In this document: in pieces, positions 1 through 11,591 of the stretch
Position numbering within the stretch: position 1 is the stretch's first letter
How the letters are laid out: every line of letters begins with the position of its first letter
Origin: Macrostomum lignano
Lineage: Eukaryota
Assembly (NCBI GenBank): GCA_002269645.1
Contig: NIVC01002891.1
Location: forward strand, 1-64,000
Reading direction: 5' to 3'
Length of the DNA stretch: 64,000 nucleotides
The notes under the pieces: model-generated
Told to the model about the DNA's origin: nothing
What the model saw: the letters and a program-made list of their open reading frames with translations, nothing else
Database searches by the model: none
Made by a program: the position numbers and the translations under genes

Positions 1-47
1 TAAATACAAATACAAACTGAATTTGAATGGTCTTTGTTGATCTTTGT

Positions 48-277
48 TGGCCACAACCAGTACAGGTAGCTAATAATAGGTGACAATGACTAACCGGCCA
101 CAACCAGTACAGGTAGCTAATAGCTGACAAAGACTAACCTGCCACAACCAGTACAGGTAGCTAATAGCTGACAAAGACTAACCGGCCCCAACCAGTACAG
201 GTAGCTAATAGCTGACAAAGACTAACCGGCCCCAACCAGTACAGGTAGCTAATAGCTGACAAAGACTAACCGGCCAC
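48..277 (-). repeat. 44-nt intronic minisatellite (about 5 copies) containing the rhomboid 5' splice site
   Basis: Minus-strand unit GTTAGTCTTTGTCAGCTATTAGCTACCTGTACTGGTTG(T/G)GGCCG; GACTAAC recurs ending at 270, 226, 182 and 138. Confidence 0.95.
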
Positions 278-3200
278 AAAGCCGCCACCATGAGCGGCAA
301 AGCTGGTCTGCGAGCGGTGTCAATGAAGAAGCGGTTGTACACGGCCAGGCCGGTGTCGCCCCCGGCTAGCAGCAGCAGCACGATCAGCGGAACACGCCGC
401 TGCCGAAGAAACTGACGGGATTCTTCAGCCAGTCGTGCTGCATCTCCTCCCAGTTCAGCAGCACGTTGGCAAAATGCGCGCCAATCAAAGCGTAGCAGCC
501 GCCCGAGGCGCCAACCAGAGCGATGCGCGGATCGAAGCAGGAGCTGGCGAGCGAACCGCGACCACACGAGCAGGTACACGGGGCCGACGCGCCAGAGTTT
601 GTGCACCAGCTCTAGCAGGACACCGAGGATGAGCTGCACCAGGCAGTTGAAGATCAGGTGGATGTAGCTGCAAGGGTTAAGGAAGATGTTCAGGGCGATT
701 TAGAGGATGGGGTTCAGGGCGATTCAGAGGATGGGGTTCAGGGCGATTCAGAGGATGGGGTTTAGGGCGATTCAGAGGATGGGGTTTAGGGCGATTCAAA
801 GGACGGGGTTCAGGGCGATTCAGAGGATGGGGTTTAGGGCGATTCAGATTCAGAGGATGGGGTTTAGGGCGATTTAGAGGATGGGGTTTAGGGCGATTCA
901 AAGGACGGGGTTCAGGGCGATTCAGAGGATGGGGTTCAGGGCGATTCAGAGGATGGGGTTTAGGGCGATTCAGAGGATGGGGTTTAGGGCGATTCAAAGG
1001 ACGGGGTTCAGGGCGATTCAGAGGATGGGGTTTAGGGCGATTCAAAGGACGTGGTTCAGGGCGATTCAGAGGATGGGGTTCAGGGCGATTCAAAGGACGG
1101 GTTCAGGGCGATTCAGAGGATGGGGTTCAGGGCGATTCAAAGGACGTGGTTCAGGGCGATTCAGAGGATGGGGTTCAGGGCGATTCAAAGGACGGGGTTC
1201 AGGGCGATTCAGAGGATGGGGTTTAGGGCGATTCAGAGGATGGGGTTTAGGGCGATTCTGAGGATGGGGTTCAGGGGGATTCAGATTCAGAGGATGAGGT
1301 TCAGGGCGATTCAGAGGATGGGGTTAAGGGCGATTCAGAGGATGGGGCTCAGGGCGATTCAGAGGATGGGGTTCAGGGCGATTCAGAGGATGGGGTTCAG
1401 GGCGATTCAGAGGATGGGGTTCAGGGCGATTCTGAGGATGGGGTTCAGGGCGATTCAGATTCAGAGGATGGGGTTCAGGGCGATTCTGAGGATGGGGTTT
1501 AGGGCGATTCAGAGGATGGGGTTTAGGGCGATTCTGAGGATGGGGCTCAGGGCGATTCTGAGGATGGGGTTTAGGGCGATTCTGAGGATGGGGTTCAGGG
1601 CGATTCAAAGGACGGGGTTCAGGGCGATTCAGAGGATGGGGTTTAGGGCGATTTAGAGGATGGGGTTTAGGGCGATTCTGAGGATGGGGTTCAGGGCGAT
1701 TCAGAGGACGGGGTTCAGGGCGATTCAGAGGATGGGGTTTAGGGCGATTCAGAGGATGGGGTTCAGGGCGATTCAGAGGATGGGGTTCAGGGCGATTCAG
1801 ATTCAGAGGATGGGGTTCAGGGCGATTCAGAGGATGGGGTTTAGGGCGATTCAGAGGATGGGATTCAGGGCGATTCAGATTCAGAGGATGGGGTTCAGGG
1901 CGATTCTGAGGATGGGGTTTAGGGCGATTCAGAGGATGGGGTTCAGGGCGATTCAGAGGATGGGGTTCAGGGCGATTCAGAGGATGGGGTTCAGGGTGAT
2001 TCAGAGGATGGGGTTCAGGGCGATTCAAAGGACGGGGTTCAGGGCGATTCAGAGGATGGGGTTTAGGGCGATTCAGAGGATGGGGTTCAGGGCGATTCAG
2101 AGGATGGGGTTCAGGGCGATTCAGATTCAGAGGATGGGGTTCAGGGCGATTCAGAGGATGGGGTTTAGGGCGATTCAGAGGATGGGATTCAGGGCGATTC
2201 AGATTCAGAGGATGGGGTTCAGGGCGATTCTGAGGATGGGGTTTAGGGCGATTCAGAGGATGGGGTTCAGGGCGATTCAGAGGATGGGGTTCAGGGCGAT
2301 TCAGAGGATGGGGTTCAGGGTGATTCAGAGGATGGGGTTCAGGGCGATTCAAAGGACGGGGTTCAGGGCGATTCAGAGGATGGGGTTTAGGGCGATTCAG
2401 AGGATGGGGTTCAGGGCGATTCAGATTCAGAGGATGGGTTTCAGGGCGATTCAGAAAATTATTAGGGTTCAGGGGCGATTCAGAGGATGGGGTTCAGGGC
2501 GATTCCGGGAATTTAATCTGGACTCCGGGTGATAAGGGGTGATATTAAGCAGACGTTTCCTTGGCTACTCCAAGGATGGCGATTCTGCGCTGTACAAATA
2601 TATAAACAAATCAAACTAGATTTCTGCACGCTTGTAACATTTGTTAATTGTGCAACCGACTAGGCAGACCTTCGCGGGTTTGAAACAAGGTGCACAATCT
2701 ACAAAACCCTACTCGCTCACCCGTTATGCAGCAGCATGTAGCTCAGAAAGCGCCACGCCTCCCAGCGCTTTCTCGGATCGTACAGCAGCGGCGAGTCCAT
2801 CGGGCAGCCGGAGCTGGCGGTCACTGGCCACTTGGCCCGGCTGGCCGGCTCCAGGGCGTAGTAGAGAAACACGGCGATCTCGGCCGCGGTGATCAGCGGG
2901 ATGAAGATCGGCGGCGGCCGGCAGTCGTAGGCGTCGCTGAAGGACTCCATCTCGGCCTGCTCACCCAGGGCGAGAATGTGTCCGGCGAGTCCACGGTGCG
3001 CGGCCGGTGTCCGGGCACGGCCGTGAGCACCGCCCGGTTGATGAAGCGCCTGCCGATGCCCATCCGGCGTCTCGTGTCGTCGTCCGCCCTGGTCATCTCG
3101 ACAACGAACTCGCCGTAGGTGATCCTGTTGTTGGCGTCGGCGTCAGCGCGGCGTAGCATGGCGTTGATGCGCATCCGGGGCAGCGTGCTGGACTCCAGCA

Positions 3201-5728
3201 GCCGCTCCGACAGCTGCGCCATCGGCACCCCCTCCGCGTTGCTCGGGTCCGCCTCGTACTGTGGGGGGGGTCAATGCTGCGGGAGAGGAGTCAATGGTGC
3301 AGGAGAGGGGTCAATGGTGCAGGAGAGGGGTCAATGGTGCAGAAGAGGGGTCAATGGTGCAGGAGAGGGGTCAATGGTGCGGGAGAGGGGTCAATGGTGC
3401 AGGAGAGGGGTCAATGGTGCGGGAGAGGGGTCAATGGTGCGGGAGAGGGGTCAAAGGTGCGGGAGAGGGGGTCAATGGTGAGGGAGAGGGGGTCCATGCT
3501 GCGAGAGAGGGGATCAATGGTGCGGGATAGGGGGTCAATGGTGCGGGATAGGGGGTCAATGGTGCAGAAGAGGGGTCAATGGTGCGGGATAGGGGGTCAA
3601 TGGTGCGGGATAGGGGGTCAATGGTGCAGAAGAGGGGTCAATGGTGCGGGATAGGGGTCAATGGTGCGGGATAGGGGGTCAATGGTGTGGGAGAGGGGTC
3701 AATGGTGCAGGAGAGAGGTCAATGGTGCAGGAGAGGGGTCAATGGTGCGGGAGAGGGGTCAAAGGTGCGGGAGAGGGGTCAATGGTGAGGGAGAGGGGGT
3801 CAATGGTGCGGGATAGGGGTCAATGGTGAGGGAGAGTGGGTTAATGGTGCAGAATAGGGGGTCAATGTGCGGGAGAGGGTTAATGGGTTAATGGTGCGTG
3901 ATAGGGGGTCAATGGTGCAGGAGAGTGGGTTAATGGTGCGGAATAGGGGGTCAATGGTGCGGGATAGGGGGCCAATGGTGCGGGATAGGGGGTCAATGAT
4001 GAGGGAACGGGGGTTCTGCAGAGTGCTTTATAACCCACCATGGCAGAGCAGCTGTTAAATCATTGTGTAAGAATCAGCCTTAAACAGCTTATAATGTTTT
4101 CTTTGTAACAATTGCCCTAAATGAATATTACTAACAATCACCCTGAATATTGCTAACAATCGCACTGAATATTGCTAACAATCGCACTGAATATTGCTAA
4201 CAATCGTACTGAATGTTGCTAACAATCGCACTGAATATTGCTAACAATCGCCCTGAATATTACTAACGATTGTCCTGAATATTAACAATCACCCCAAGTA
4301 AAGTATTGTAACAAGTCACTAAACTACTGATATTACCAGATTAGTCATCCAAAAAAGTAATTTAAAATTAAACTTACCCTTTCAAACAGAGGCCGAAAGG
4401 ACTAAAATGAGAAGTTGTAAAGAAAAATTCAATTAAATACAAGTATCTGGACCTTCAAGAAAAATTTGCATAGAAAATGTTATACTTCCTAGACTTTCAT
4501 TTGCCTATTTTTTAGAACTTTAAAAACATTTTTGAACTTTGACTTTTTAGCCTTGTTGACTTGAACCAATTCATGACCTTAAATAATATTTGAGCATTTT
4601 TATTATTATATGATTATTTACTCATAAGTCTCATATTATCTTTACTTTGATTAATTAATGCATTTGGTATTATCAGTCATAAAATTTTTACCATGAAAAT
4701 ACTTAGGGTTTTTAATGGTATTTTAATCTTAAGCATATTTATTTACTAATTAAAGTATACTAATTAAATAATTATTGGTACAATTGTTAGTATTAGGTCT
4801 ATTATTAATTACTAATTATTTGAAATTTAATATATTAGTTTTTAGAGTATACTAACTATACACAGAATTGAAGTACTAATTAAAGCAGCAATTATTGATA
4901 ATTTTTTAGACAGTAAGCTCACAATCTTCTAGAATCATTCACTAAACTTGAATTCATGCAATGTCATTTTTAATGGCAAAACATGACTGAAAATGAACTA
5001 ATAAACTATGAATAAATTGAGTCTAATAACTTAGTTGCTTGCATCTAGGTCTATTCAGGGATAATAGACAGCACCCAATCTAATACATGATATTGGCAAA
5101 CACATTTTATGGGCACATCTTGTACCAGAGGAATTCTTAAAGACATGACTCTAATATTGCAGTACCTTTGCCATGCATAATGCAAAAACAAGCTTGGCAT
5201 GAGCCCAATGTGCCTTAAATAAGATTTGTATAAATTGTCACATCTTGCAAGTTCACAAAGTGCAACCAAAGGGTTCATAACACTTTGGTTAGGCTGCTAG
5301 TTGCATGCTTGCCAGCCATTAGTCAAGATGTAAGTGCCTGGAAAATATGCCAAGTGATAATTGGCAGCAAGGTCGAGGTTGCTATAATTTGATCTTTAAC
5401 TGGTACTATCACCTGCATTTCTAAGTGCTATGCTTTACACATTGGCCAGACTAGTGTGCACCCTAATAAAATTTTGGTGCATGAAATAGGACTTTATTTT
5501 GACCTATTGACCAGGGCCTACCAGTTTGATTAGATGATCAATGAGTACTTAGGCATAGTGCAACAGTTAAATTACTGGGTGCTAGCAGCAGTTATACCTA
5601 CAATTTGGCCATTAGAGATAATATTATATTCAGGCCTAGCACACCTGGAAAGTGTAAACTGTCCTACACACTTGGCTTACCTCATCAATTTCCCTTCGAA
5701 TCTGTCGCTCTTTGGTTGTTTGGGCCAT
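271..5728 (-). CDS. RHBDL3: Rhomboid-family intramembrane serine protease with N-terminal EF-hand (RHBDL1/3-like); 3' end runs off the window; five apparent 1-nt deletions
   Basis: Exons 5728-5681 (MAQTTKERQIRREIDE), 4401-4378 (SFRPLFER), 3258-2721 and 667-271, all GT-AG with matching phases once frameshifts are corrected. Motifs: EF-hand ADADANNRITYGEF; CRPPPIFI; WRFLSYMLLHNGYIHLIFN; catalytic GASGG (Ser codon 506-504); catalytic AAHGGG (His codon 292-290). Orthology to RHBDL1 versus RHBDL3 is not resolved. Confidence 0.9.
680..2510. repeat. 24-nt minisatellite (about 75 copies) in rhomboid intron
   Basis: Unit GATTCAGAGGATGGGGTT(C/T)AGGGC, with 30-nt variants carrying an extra GATTCA. Confidence 0.97.
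3265..4005. repeat. 20-21-nt minisatellite in rhomboid intron
   Basis: Unit GGGGTCAATGGTGC(A/G)GGAGA and variants; abuts the splice acceptor at 3259-3260. Confidence 0.95.
4123..4290. repeat. 22-nt minisatellite
   Basis: Unit CTGAATATTGCTAACAATCGCA, about 7 degenerate copies. Confidence 0.9.
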
Positions 5729-8148
5729 ATTGAAATTTTATAAAATCAATAATAAAAAGAAAGAATTAATTATAGTTCTGGAATTCCCAAAAACAAATGC
5801 TTTTGCTTACTAAAATAAAATTCTACAGCTTGTATACCTCCGCTAACTTTCCTAGCTTTATAGGCCTAATTCAATTTTAGTAATACTCTATCTCACCATG
5901 AACAACCGTCATCGCGGCCCGCATGACGAACTAAATTTCCGAGTCAAAATTAAATCGAATTGTACCGTATCGGGGCTTGTGTAAACTGATTTAGGCAAAA
6001 ACTTTAAAAGAGTCTGCGAACCTTAATAAATATTTGATTTTCGGAGGTATTATAAATCTTCTTACCGATAATACTGTATAGGTAGAGTTAATGTTTGTTA
6101 AGCCACTTACTAAAAATATTTCCGGTAAAGCAGAAAAGTACTGGTCCGTGCGTCTAGCGTTGGCTCCAGCAATACTAATCCCAGGTGGCAGGTGCGCACT
6201 CATCTTTACCATCTCCGGTCACCTAACCCTCAACAGTTTTAAATAACAGTTTTGATTGATACAATTGACTCCTTGCGCGTGTGTGGGATGAATCGACGGG
6301 AGCTCAAGCACGAAATCATTCCGATTCGTATCAATGCATTATTATGTCGCAGAAATAGCAGGTGGCATTTAGTGGTTATAGGACAACGCAACAGATAACA
6401 AAAGAACTATAGACTTACATGTACAGTTAGTATGATACGTAAAACATGTAGTTTTCTACTTCCTACTGTGCTGTACATGTAGCTACATGTACACGTAGCT
6501 ATAGGAAGAATACCCTCTGCATATGCATATCATGTAATCTGTTAAAAGCAGCTGAAATACTTTGACCACACTACATAGGTCACACTATAGCCTGAATGAA
6601 CATATACATATACATGTACATATAGGGTGATGCAACACGTAGACGCTGAATATGTACATGTACATGTACATGTAAATAAATATATGATGTTTTTGTTGTG
6701 CCTGCGTTGTATAACGTACAAAGTGCATGATACACGTGTGTCCGCTGAGTCATGCAACCTTTATAGACTCGCTCTGTCAGTTTGTACCCGCGTTTCCCCA
6801 CTTCCCCATTATGTAACCCCAAAATACATGGACATGTACTCCAAGAAACCCCATCCGCCCACACCATAATCGTGCTGCAAGAGGACCATGCAGGAAGCGA
6901 CGGCAGCAGCTCACGGCCAGGCCCAGCGGGACTGTCAGCTCGTCGGGAAACGGTGACTCTAGCTGCCAACGCCCGAGCCGCGGGAACGATGCGAGCGACG
7001 CTGTACGTGATCGTGCTGGCCAAGTCAAGCACCACGCTGTCATGGTGAATGCTCCCGTCCCGGTTGACATCCGGAGTGGATATTTTTATATACTTGTAAA
7101 TATATTTTGTAGACCTCTAAAATCTTTGCAATATTAATGTTATACTCGGATATTAAAGAGCACAGATACAAGTATTCTACTAATTTTGCACTTTCTACTT
7201 CTGAGAAAAGATTTTATTCTTGAAAGTTTTGAGGTTCCTCTTTTTGGATGTTGTATTTGATACCCAAATTATTCCACAACAACAAAACTTTGTCATAATA
7301 ATTTGTATTCAGCTACAGCCTAACTAACCGATTCTTGTAATAGACGGAGCTTCTGACATTATAATTTGGGACCCATTGAGAAGTCTTACCTCGGGTGAGT
7401 ACACGAGTGTGGAGAAAGCGTCCGTTGAGCCTATATTATTTTGTGCTGCATTGCATTGGGTTTTTTACTTTATTGAGCTTTGCTTAAAAGTATATTCCAC
7501 AATGCATAAAAAGTTCTATATATTGTGCTTATAGGACAGCTAATACTAAAGCATTCTTTGCTGAAAAATCCTCACAGCATGCAGTATCCCGCCGCCTCCA
7601 ATTGCCTTATTCAGAAAGCCCAGCTGAAGTTTTCCAGTTAACGGCAGGCTGTTAACAACAGCCCAGCGCTCCTCTATGAAATATTCACGCAATTAAAAAT
7701 TCAGCGCTGGCTGCTTGTTGGAAAAGCAGCTTTTTCATAAAATTGGCTGCAAATTTTGCAGAATGAATTATTAGCTCGCTCGCAGGAGTAGAATTGCACA
7801 CGTGCGATTCACAGCAGCCATGAGGGCCGACCCAAAGGCACAGAGAGTGTGCACGTCTATAGCCAGACAAGACAATCAAAAACTTCGACATTCGTGAAAA
7901 GAAATATTTTAAAGGCGTATACGGTAACTTTCTGAATCACTCATTTTAGTGAGCGCTAACTCACTCATTACAGAAGACATCTTCAATAGGGCCCTTAGTG
8001 TACGCGCTACTAGCATACGGTAAGAGAATCAGCATTTCCAGCCAATAGAAAGCGGTTAAGCCAATTGGCTAACAGTGGGCAAAGCAACGCATTAAAATCG
8101 ACAAAGATGCTGTAAGCACATGTAAAATTCCTAACTCTCTTGCAGGAA

Positions 8149-9220
8149 ATGGCACCAGGTAAATTTTATACTTTTTAATATTCACATGGAGCTTTTCTAA
8201 GCTGTACAGGAATCGCCAATTATCATTTTAGAAAATGCAATTTTCCTTGTCCTACTACTGCTGGGCTATTTGACATGCAGCCTGTGCAGGTCCGGAGACA
8301 CCTGGACTCAGATGCAGGTGCGGTGCCTGTCTGAGGCCGCCGCGATTTACCGAGCGCAGGCGAGCAGCGAAGTGCACTGCTCTGTGATCGCGTCCAACAA
8401 GCAGAAAGTCGGAATCATTGTGGCCCAGTTCGAGCCGGTCTCTCTCCGCTGCAGTCTCTTCCGCTACCAGTCCGTGTGTCGCGACCTTGTCTCTGGCGGT
8501 GCGAGCAGCGACTGCCGAGTGCTCCTCCGGTTTCCGATCAAATATCCGGCTCAGCTCAACCCGAAGCTCACAAACGTGTGGCTTGGAGACGACATGTCTG
8601 CATTTGAGAATGTCGTGTGCCAGGCTGACGAAGAGACCAACCGAATCTATCCGGTCGGAGTCCAGTGGACAGAGGAGGGCGCCGCGTTCGATGGGAGCAG
8701 CTCGTTTCTGGCCATGAACAAGAGTGACATCGGGTTCGGCACAGGCGTCACGGTGCTGCTCAGGATGAAGCGGCAGCCGAAGGTGCAGCCCTTCTTTGAG
8801 TTCCTTGATTGCTCGAACTTTGCTACCGGTCGGTTTTATAGCCACATTTGGGAACACAACGAAGCTTTAAAACCGTACGCCCTGGTGAAGACTCAAGCCA
8901 GCAGCGTTCCACAGGTTTTCATGGCCTCAAATTATCCAATGACTTCGAACGCCAGTGAGTGGGTGAACCTGGGTTTCACATCAACGCCTTCAGCTGACTC
9001 TTGGGGAATGTTCCTGGGAAGCGGCTTCCTGCCTCCGTCCACTGTTTCTGTCACTTCGTCAACCGATTTCGCTTTTATCTCACCGAGCTGCTTCCGGTTC
9101 GGCAAGCGACTAAACGATGATGCCCGGGTGTTTAAAGGAACAGTGCGCGCCATTGCAATGGCCACGAGCTTCATGACTGAGGCCGAGATCCGAGATTTCT
9201 TCACGCTTGTGTCCAATTAG
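8149..9220 (+). CDS. Predicted secreted protein (about 332 aa): signal peptide, PAN/apple-like Cys region, C-terminal LamG/concanavalin-like region
   Basis: Exon 8149-8158 (ATG GCA CCA G|GT), 73-nt intron ending TTTTAG at 8231, exon 8232-9220. This gives MAPENAIFLVLLLLGYLTCSLC..., in frame with the 316-aa ORF. EVHCSVIAS...RCSLF resembles PAN; FRFGKR...FKGTVRAIAM...TEAEIRDFF resembles the end of LamG-3/pentraxin domains. Confidence 0.7.
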
Positions 9221-9699
9221 TGGCTGCAGCGCTTTTGTGGAGTGGGAATGAATTGAGGAAATACTCATCGTACGATGGTAATCAGAGTTTTAATATCAGA
9301 AGAGACTATCGAGTAATCGGGAATCTTTTGCTTGTGTTTAAATAGCTTACGAAAACATTCTGATGATCTATACTTACCTATAATCGTACTTACACCTCTC
9401 TATGTTATTTTGGCTTATACATGTATTTATACCAGAAAACTACTGTTTAGAACAACCGAAGATATAAATTACTATTTTCTAACTGTCTGATTGATTGAAG
9501 AAATGACTAAAATGATGTTCTTGATTACATTTTTCTCTACTCGGAACAAATTATTAGCGTAAGAGCGTATACTTATATTACCGTATGTAAACAGAATTTA
9601 ATTAAGCCATTAGAAATAATACTCAGAAATAAACTTTTGTGCAAGAGATAAAGCATATTATTGGCTCCGAGAATTGCGAATTGTAGTTAATAGAGAAAA

Positions 9700-10198
9700 T
9701 TAGTTTTTTTCCTGTTGGCGCAATCGATCAGCCCCAGAATATTCAAAGTACGAGTAGTGCTGCGGTATCACTCAGGGAGATCCGATGGTGCCACAGTGAG
9801 ATCCGATGGTGCCACAGAGAGATCCGATGGTGCCACAGGGAGATCCGATGGTGCCACAGTGAGATCCGATGGTGCCACAGAGAGATCCGATGGTGCCACA
9901 GGGAGATCCGATGGTGCCACAGTGAGATCCGATGGTGCCACAGAGAGATCCGATGGTGCCACAGGGAGATCCGATGGTGCCACAGTGAGATCCGATGGTG
10001 CCACAGGGAGATCCGATGGTGCCAGGACTTCCTCACCTCCGGAGAGTCCAGGAGGTGGATGTTCGGTCGCCCGGCAGCCCTTAGGTAGCGGACGAGCTGG
10101 CAGAGATTCTCGGGCCTGAAAACGTCCGAGAGGTCCGGGTTTGGGCCGAAGTTCATGTACGCTCGTAAGGTAAGCCTGTCCCAAGTAAGGCTCGGCAT
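9700..10198 (-). CDS. Candidate small two-exon orphan gene (73 aa) or 3' end of a longer gene
   Basis: Exon 10198-10037 (MPSLTWDRL...HLLDSPE) ends GAG|GTGAGG; the intron is filled by a 21-nt array; acceptor CCGCAG then 9759-9700 ([19 protein letters not shown]). No recognisable domain. Confidence 0.35.
9775..10025. repeat. 21-nt minisatellite (about 12 copies)
   Basis: Unit GAGATCCGATGGTGCCACAG(T/A/G); the last base cycles T, A, G. Confidence 0.97.
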
Positions 10199-10924
10199 TC
10201 ACAGATGAAGTGCTCCGCATTCTCAAAACTTGAGGCAGAATTGGCATTACTCACTGTGCATTTTAGCCTGGAGGTAGAGTCGATGCTCATAAAACAGACG
10301 AAACAGCCAAAAACCTCAGCGAAAAATAGCTTGAATCGTAAAAAAATTCAAAATTTGGACGACGATTTCTACTCGTCCTTCTCGTCCTCGTAGCAAAAAT
10401 CAGTAGTTTTAATCAAAGTTTGAGCTGATGGGGTTAATGTAAAAATTCCAGTAATTTTGTTTTCAATATTCACTTGTCAGCGAAAAAAAGAACGATTGTT
10501 ACATGATCTTTCTGGAATCGTTGAATTTCGACTCATTTTATGTTATTTTAGTACTGACACGAAACAGCTAGGTAATTTCTGAATCTCTTTTTAAAAGTGA
10601 TTTTTAGACTCGGAGATACGTCGTATTCGAAGACCCTTTTTGCAAAAGCTATACGATAAATACTTTTCTGGCTACTTGTACAGTAGCTATGCGTTCTCTT
10701 AGAAAGCGACAGTCGGCGTCAATGACTTCGAAAACCAATTCTGGTGGGTCTGAAGCTGCGTTACACAAACCACAGCAGGTGACCTGGGAGGCTGTTCGTG
10801 AACCTCACCTTCTTGTCGAGGGTTCCATCAGGTTATCTGCTCATCCTCACTAGGGGAGCTTTTTGCTTGATTAGCTGACGCTGGATACCCAAAGCTCTTT
10901 GTTATTTACTCGTAATTTTTTCTG

Positions 10925-11190
10925 ACTGGGGGCAGGACGTCGCGAGGCGCGCCGCAGAGCCTGAGAGCGCACGAATTCCGCCCCGTTGGCAGTATCGGCG
11001 GGCTTGGGCCTGACCCTGCCTGAAGCAGCAGGACGTCCTGAACAGGTTGGGGGCAGTAGCCCTCGGCCCGGATCACGTGGCCCGCCAGTTGAAGTCGCCG
11101 CCGGCGCAGGATGGTGGACGGGCGCTGCAGCTTGGCCCGATCGTACAGGGCCTCTGTCCCGACGCTCTCGTCATTCTATCGCAACCTCAA
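10925..11190 (-). mobile_element. 5'-truncated, degenerate non-LTR retrotransposon (RTE-like) ORF2 C-terminal fragment
   Basis: Minus-strand translation NDESVGTEALYDRAKLQRPSTILRRRRLQLAGHVIRAEGYCPQPVQDVLLL matches the post-RT 'RRLxxAGHxxR' motif of RTE-clade LINEs. GC-rich island in AT-rich DNA; no RT core upstream. Confidence 0.7.
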
Positions 11191-11591
11191 GCTGTAAACA
11201 GGACAGGCGTCACGCCCGTAGCCATAGGGCCATAGCCATATCAATAGAGCTATAAGAAAGGCACAACAAATCAAAATATGAACATTGGGTCTGCCTGCCT
11301 TCTATCGAAAGCAATAACAATTTTTGTGCTGAAAATGTGTAAACTTCCTATCTCCGTAGTGTAATTTCTCAGCGGAGACCAGCGTCAAGATCTACAGATG
11401 TACATTTCTATGTTTCTAATCAATTCTTCGTGTGAACTGATTATTTACTGAACCTGATATATTTTTATACTGCCATTTACATGTACATACGAGCATATGT
11501 AAGATACAGTACACACGCATAACACATGTACATGCATGTACATGAAACTGTAACTATCAAGTTCACATAGGTAACACTTAAACTAGTGGAA

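Noticed and set aside
677-2532. Long ORFs such as NRPEPHPL/MGFRAIQR repeats, and similar ORFs at 3261-3829, 18672-19556, 22977-23635, 27598-28653, 40581-41573, 43895-45205, 45724-47313, 51752-52601 and 62877-63356
   Set aside because: They are translations of tandem DNA repeats lacking stop codons, lie in introns or intergenic DNA, and are open in several frames at once.
2955-2985. 8-nt GTGAGCAG 'intron' that would fix the rhomboid frameshift
   Set aside because: Far too short for spliceosomal removal; a 1-nt deletion explains the shift more simply.
6410-6680. Dense TACATGTA palindromic motifs (also about 11480-11545)
   Set aside because: A short low-complexity motif common in invertebrate non-coding DNA; no evidence of specific function.
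6780-7080. GC-rich island with overlapping ORFs; minus frame contains DVNRDGSIHHDS (EF-loop-like)
   Set aside because: No consistent start or splice model, loop position 12 is not acidic, and there is no recognisable homology; it may be rhomboid 5' UTR or promoter.
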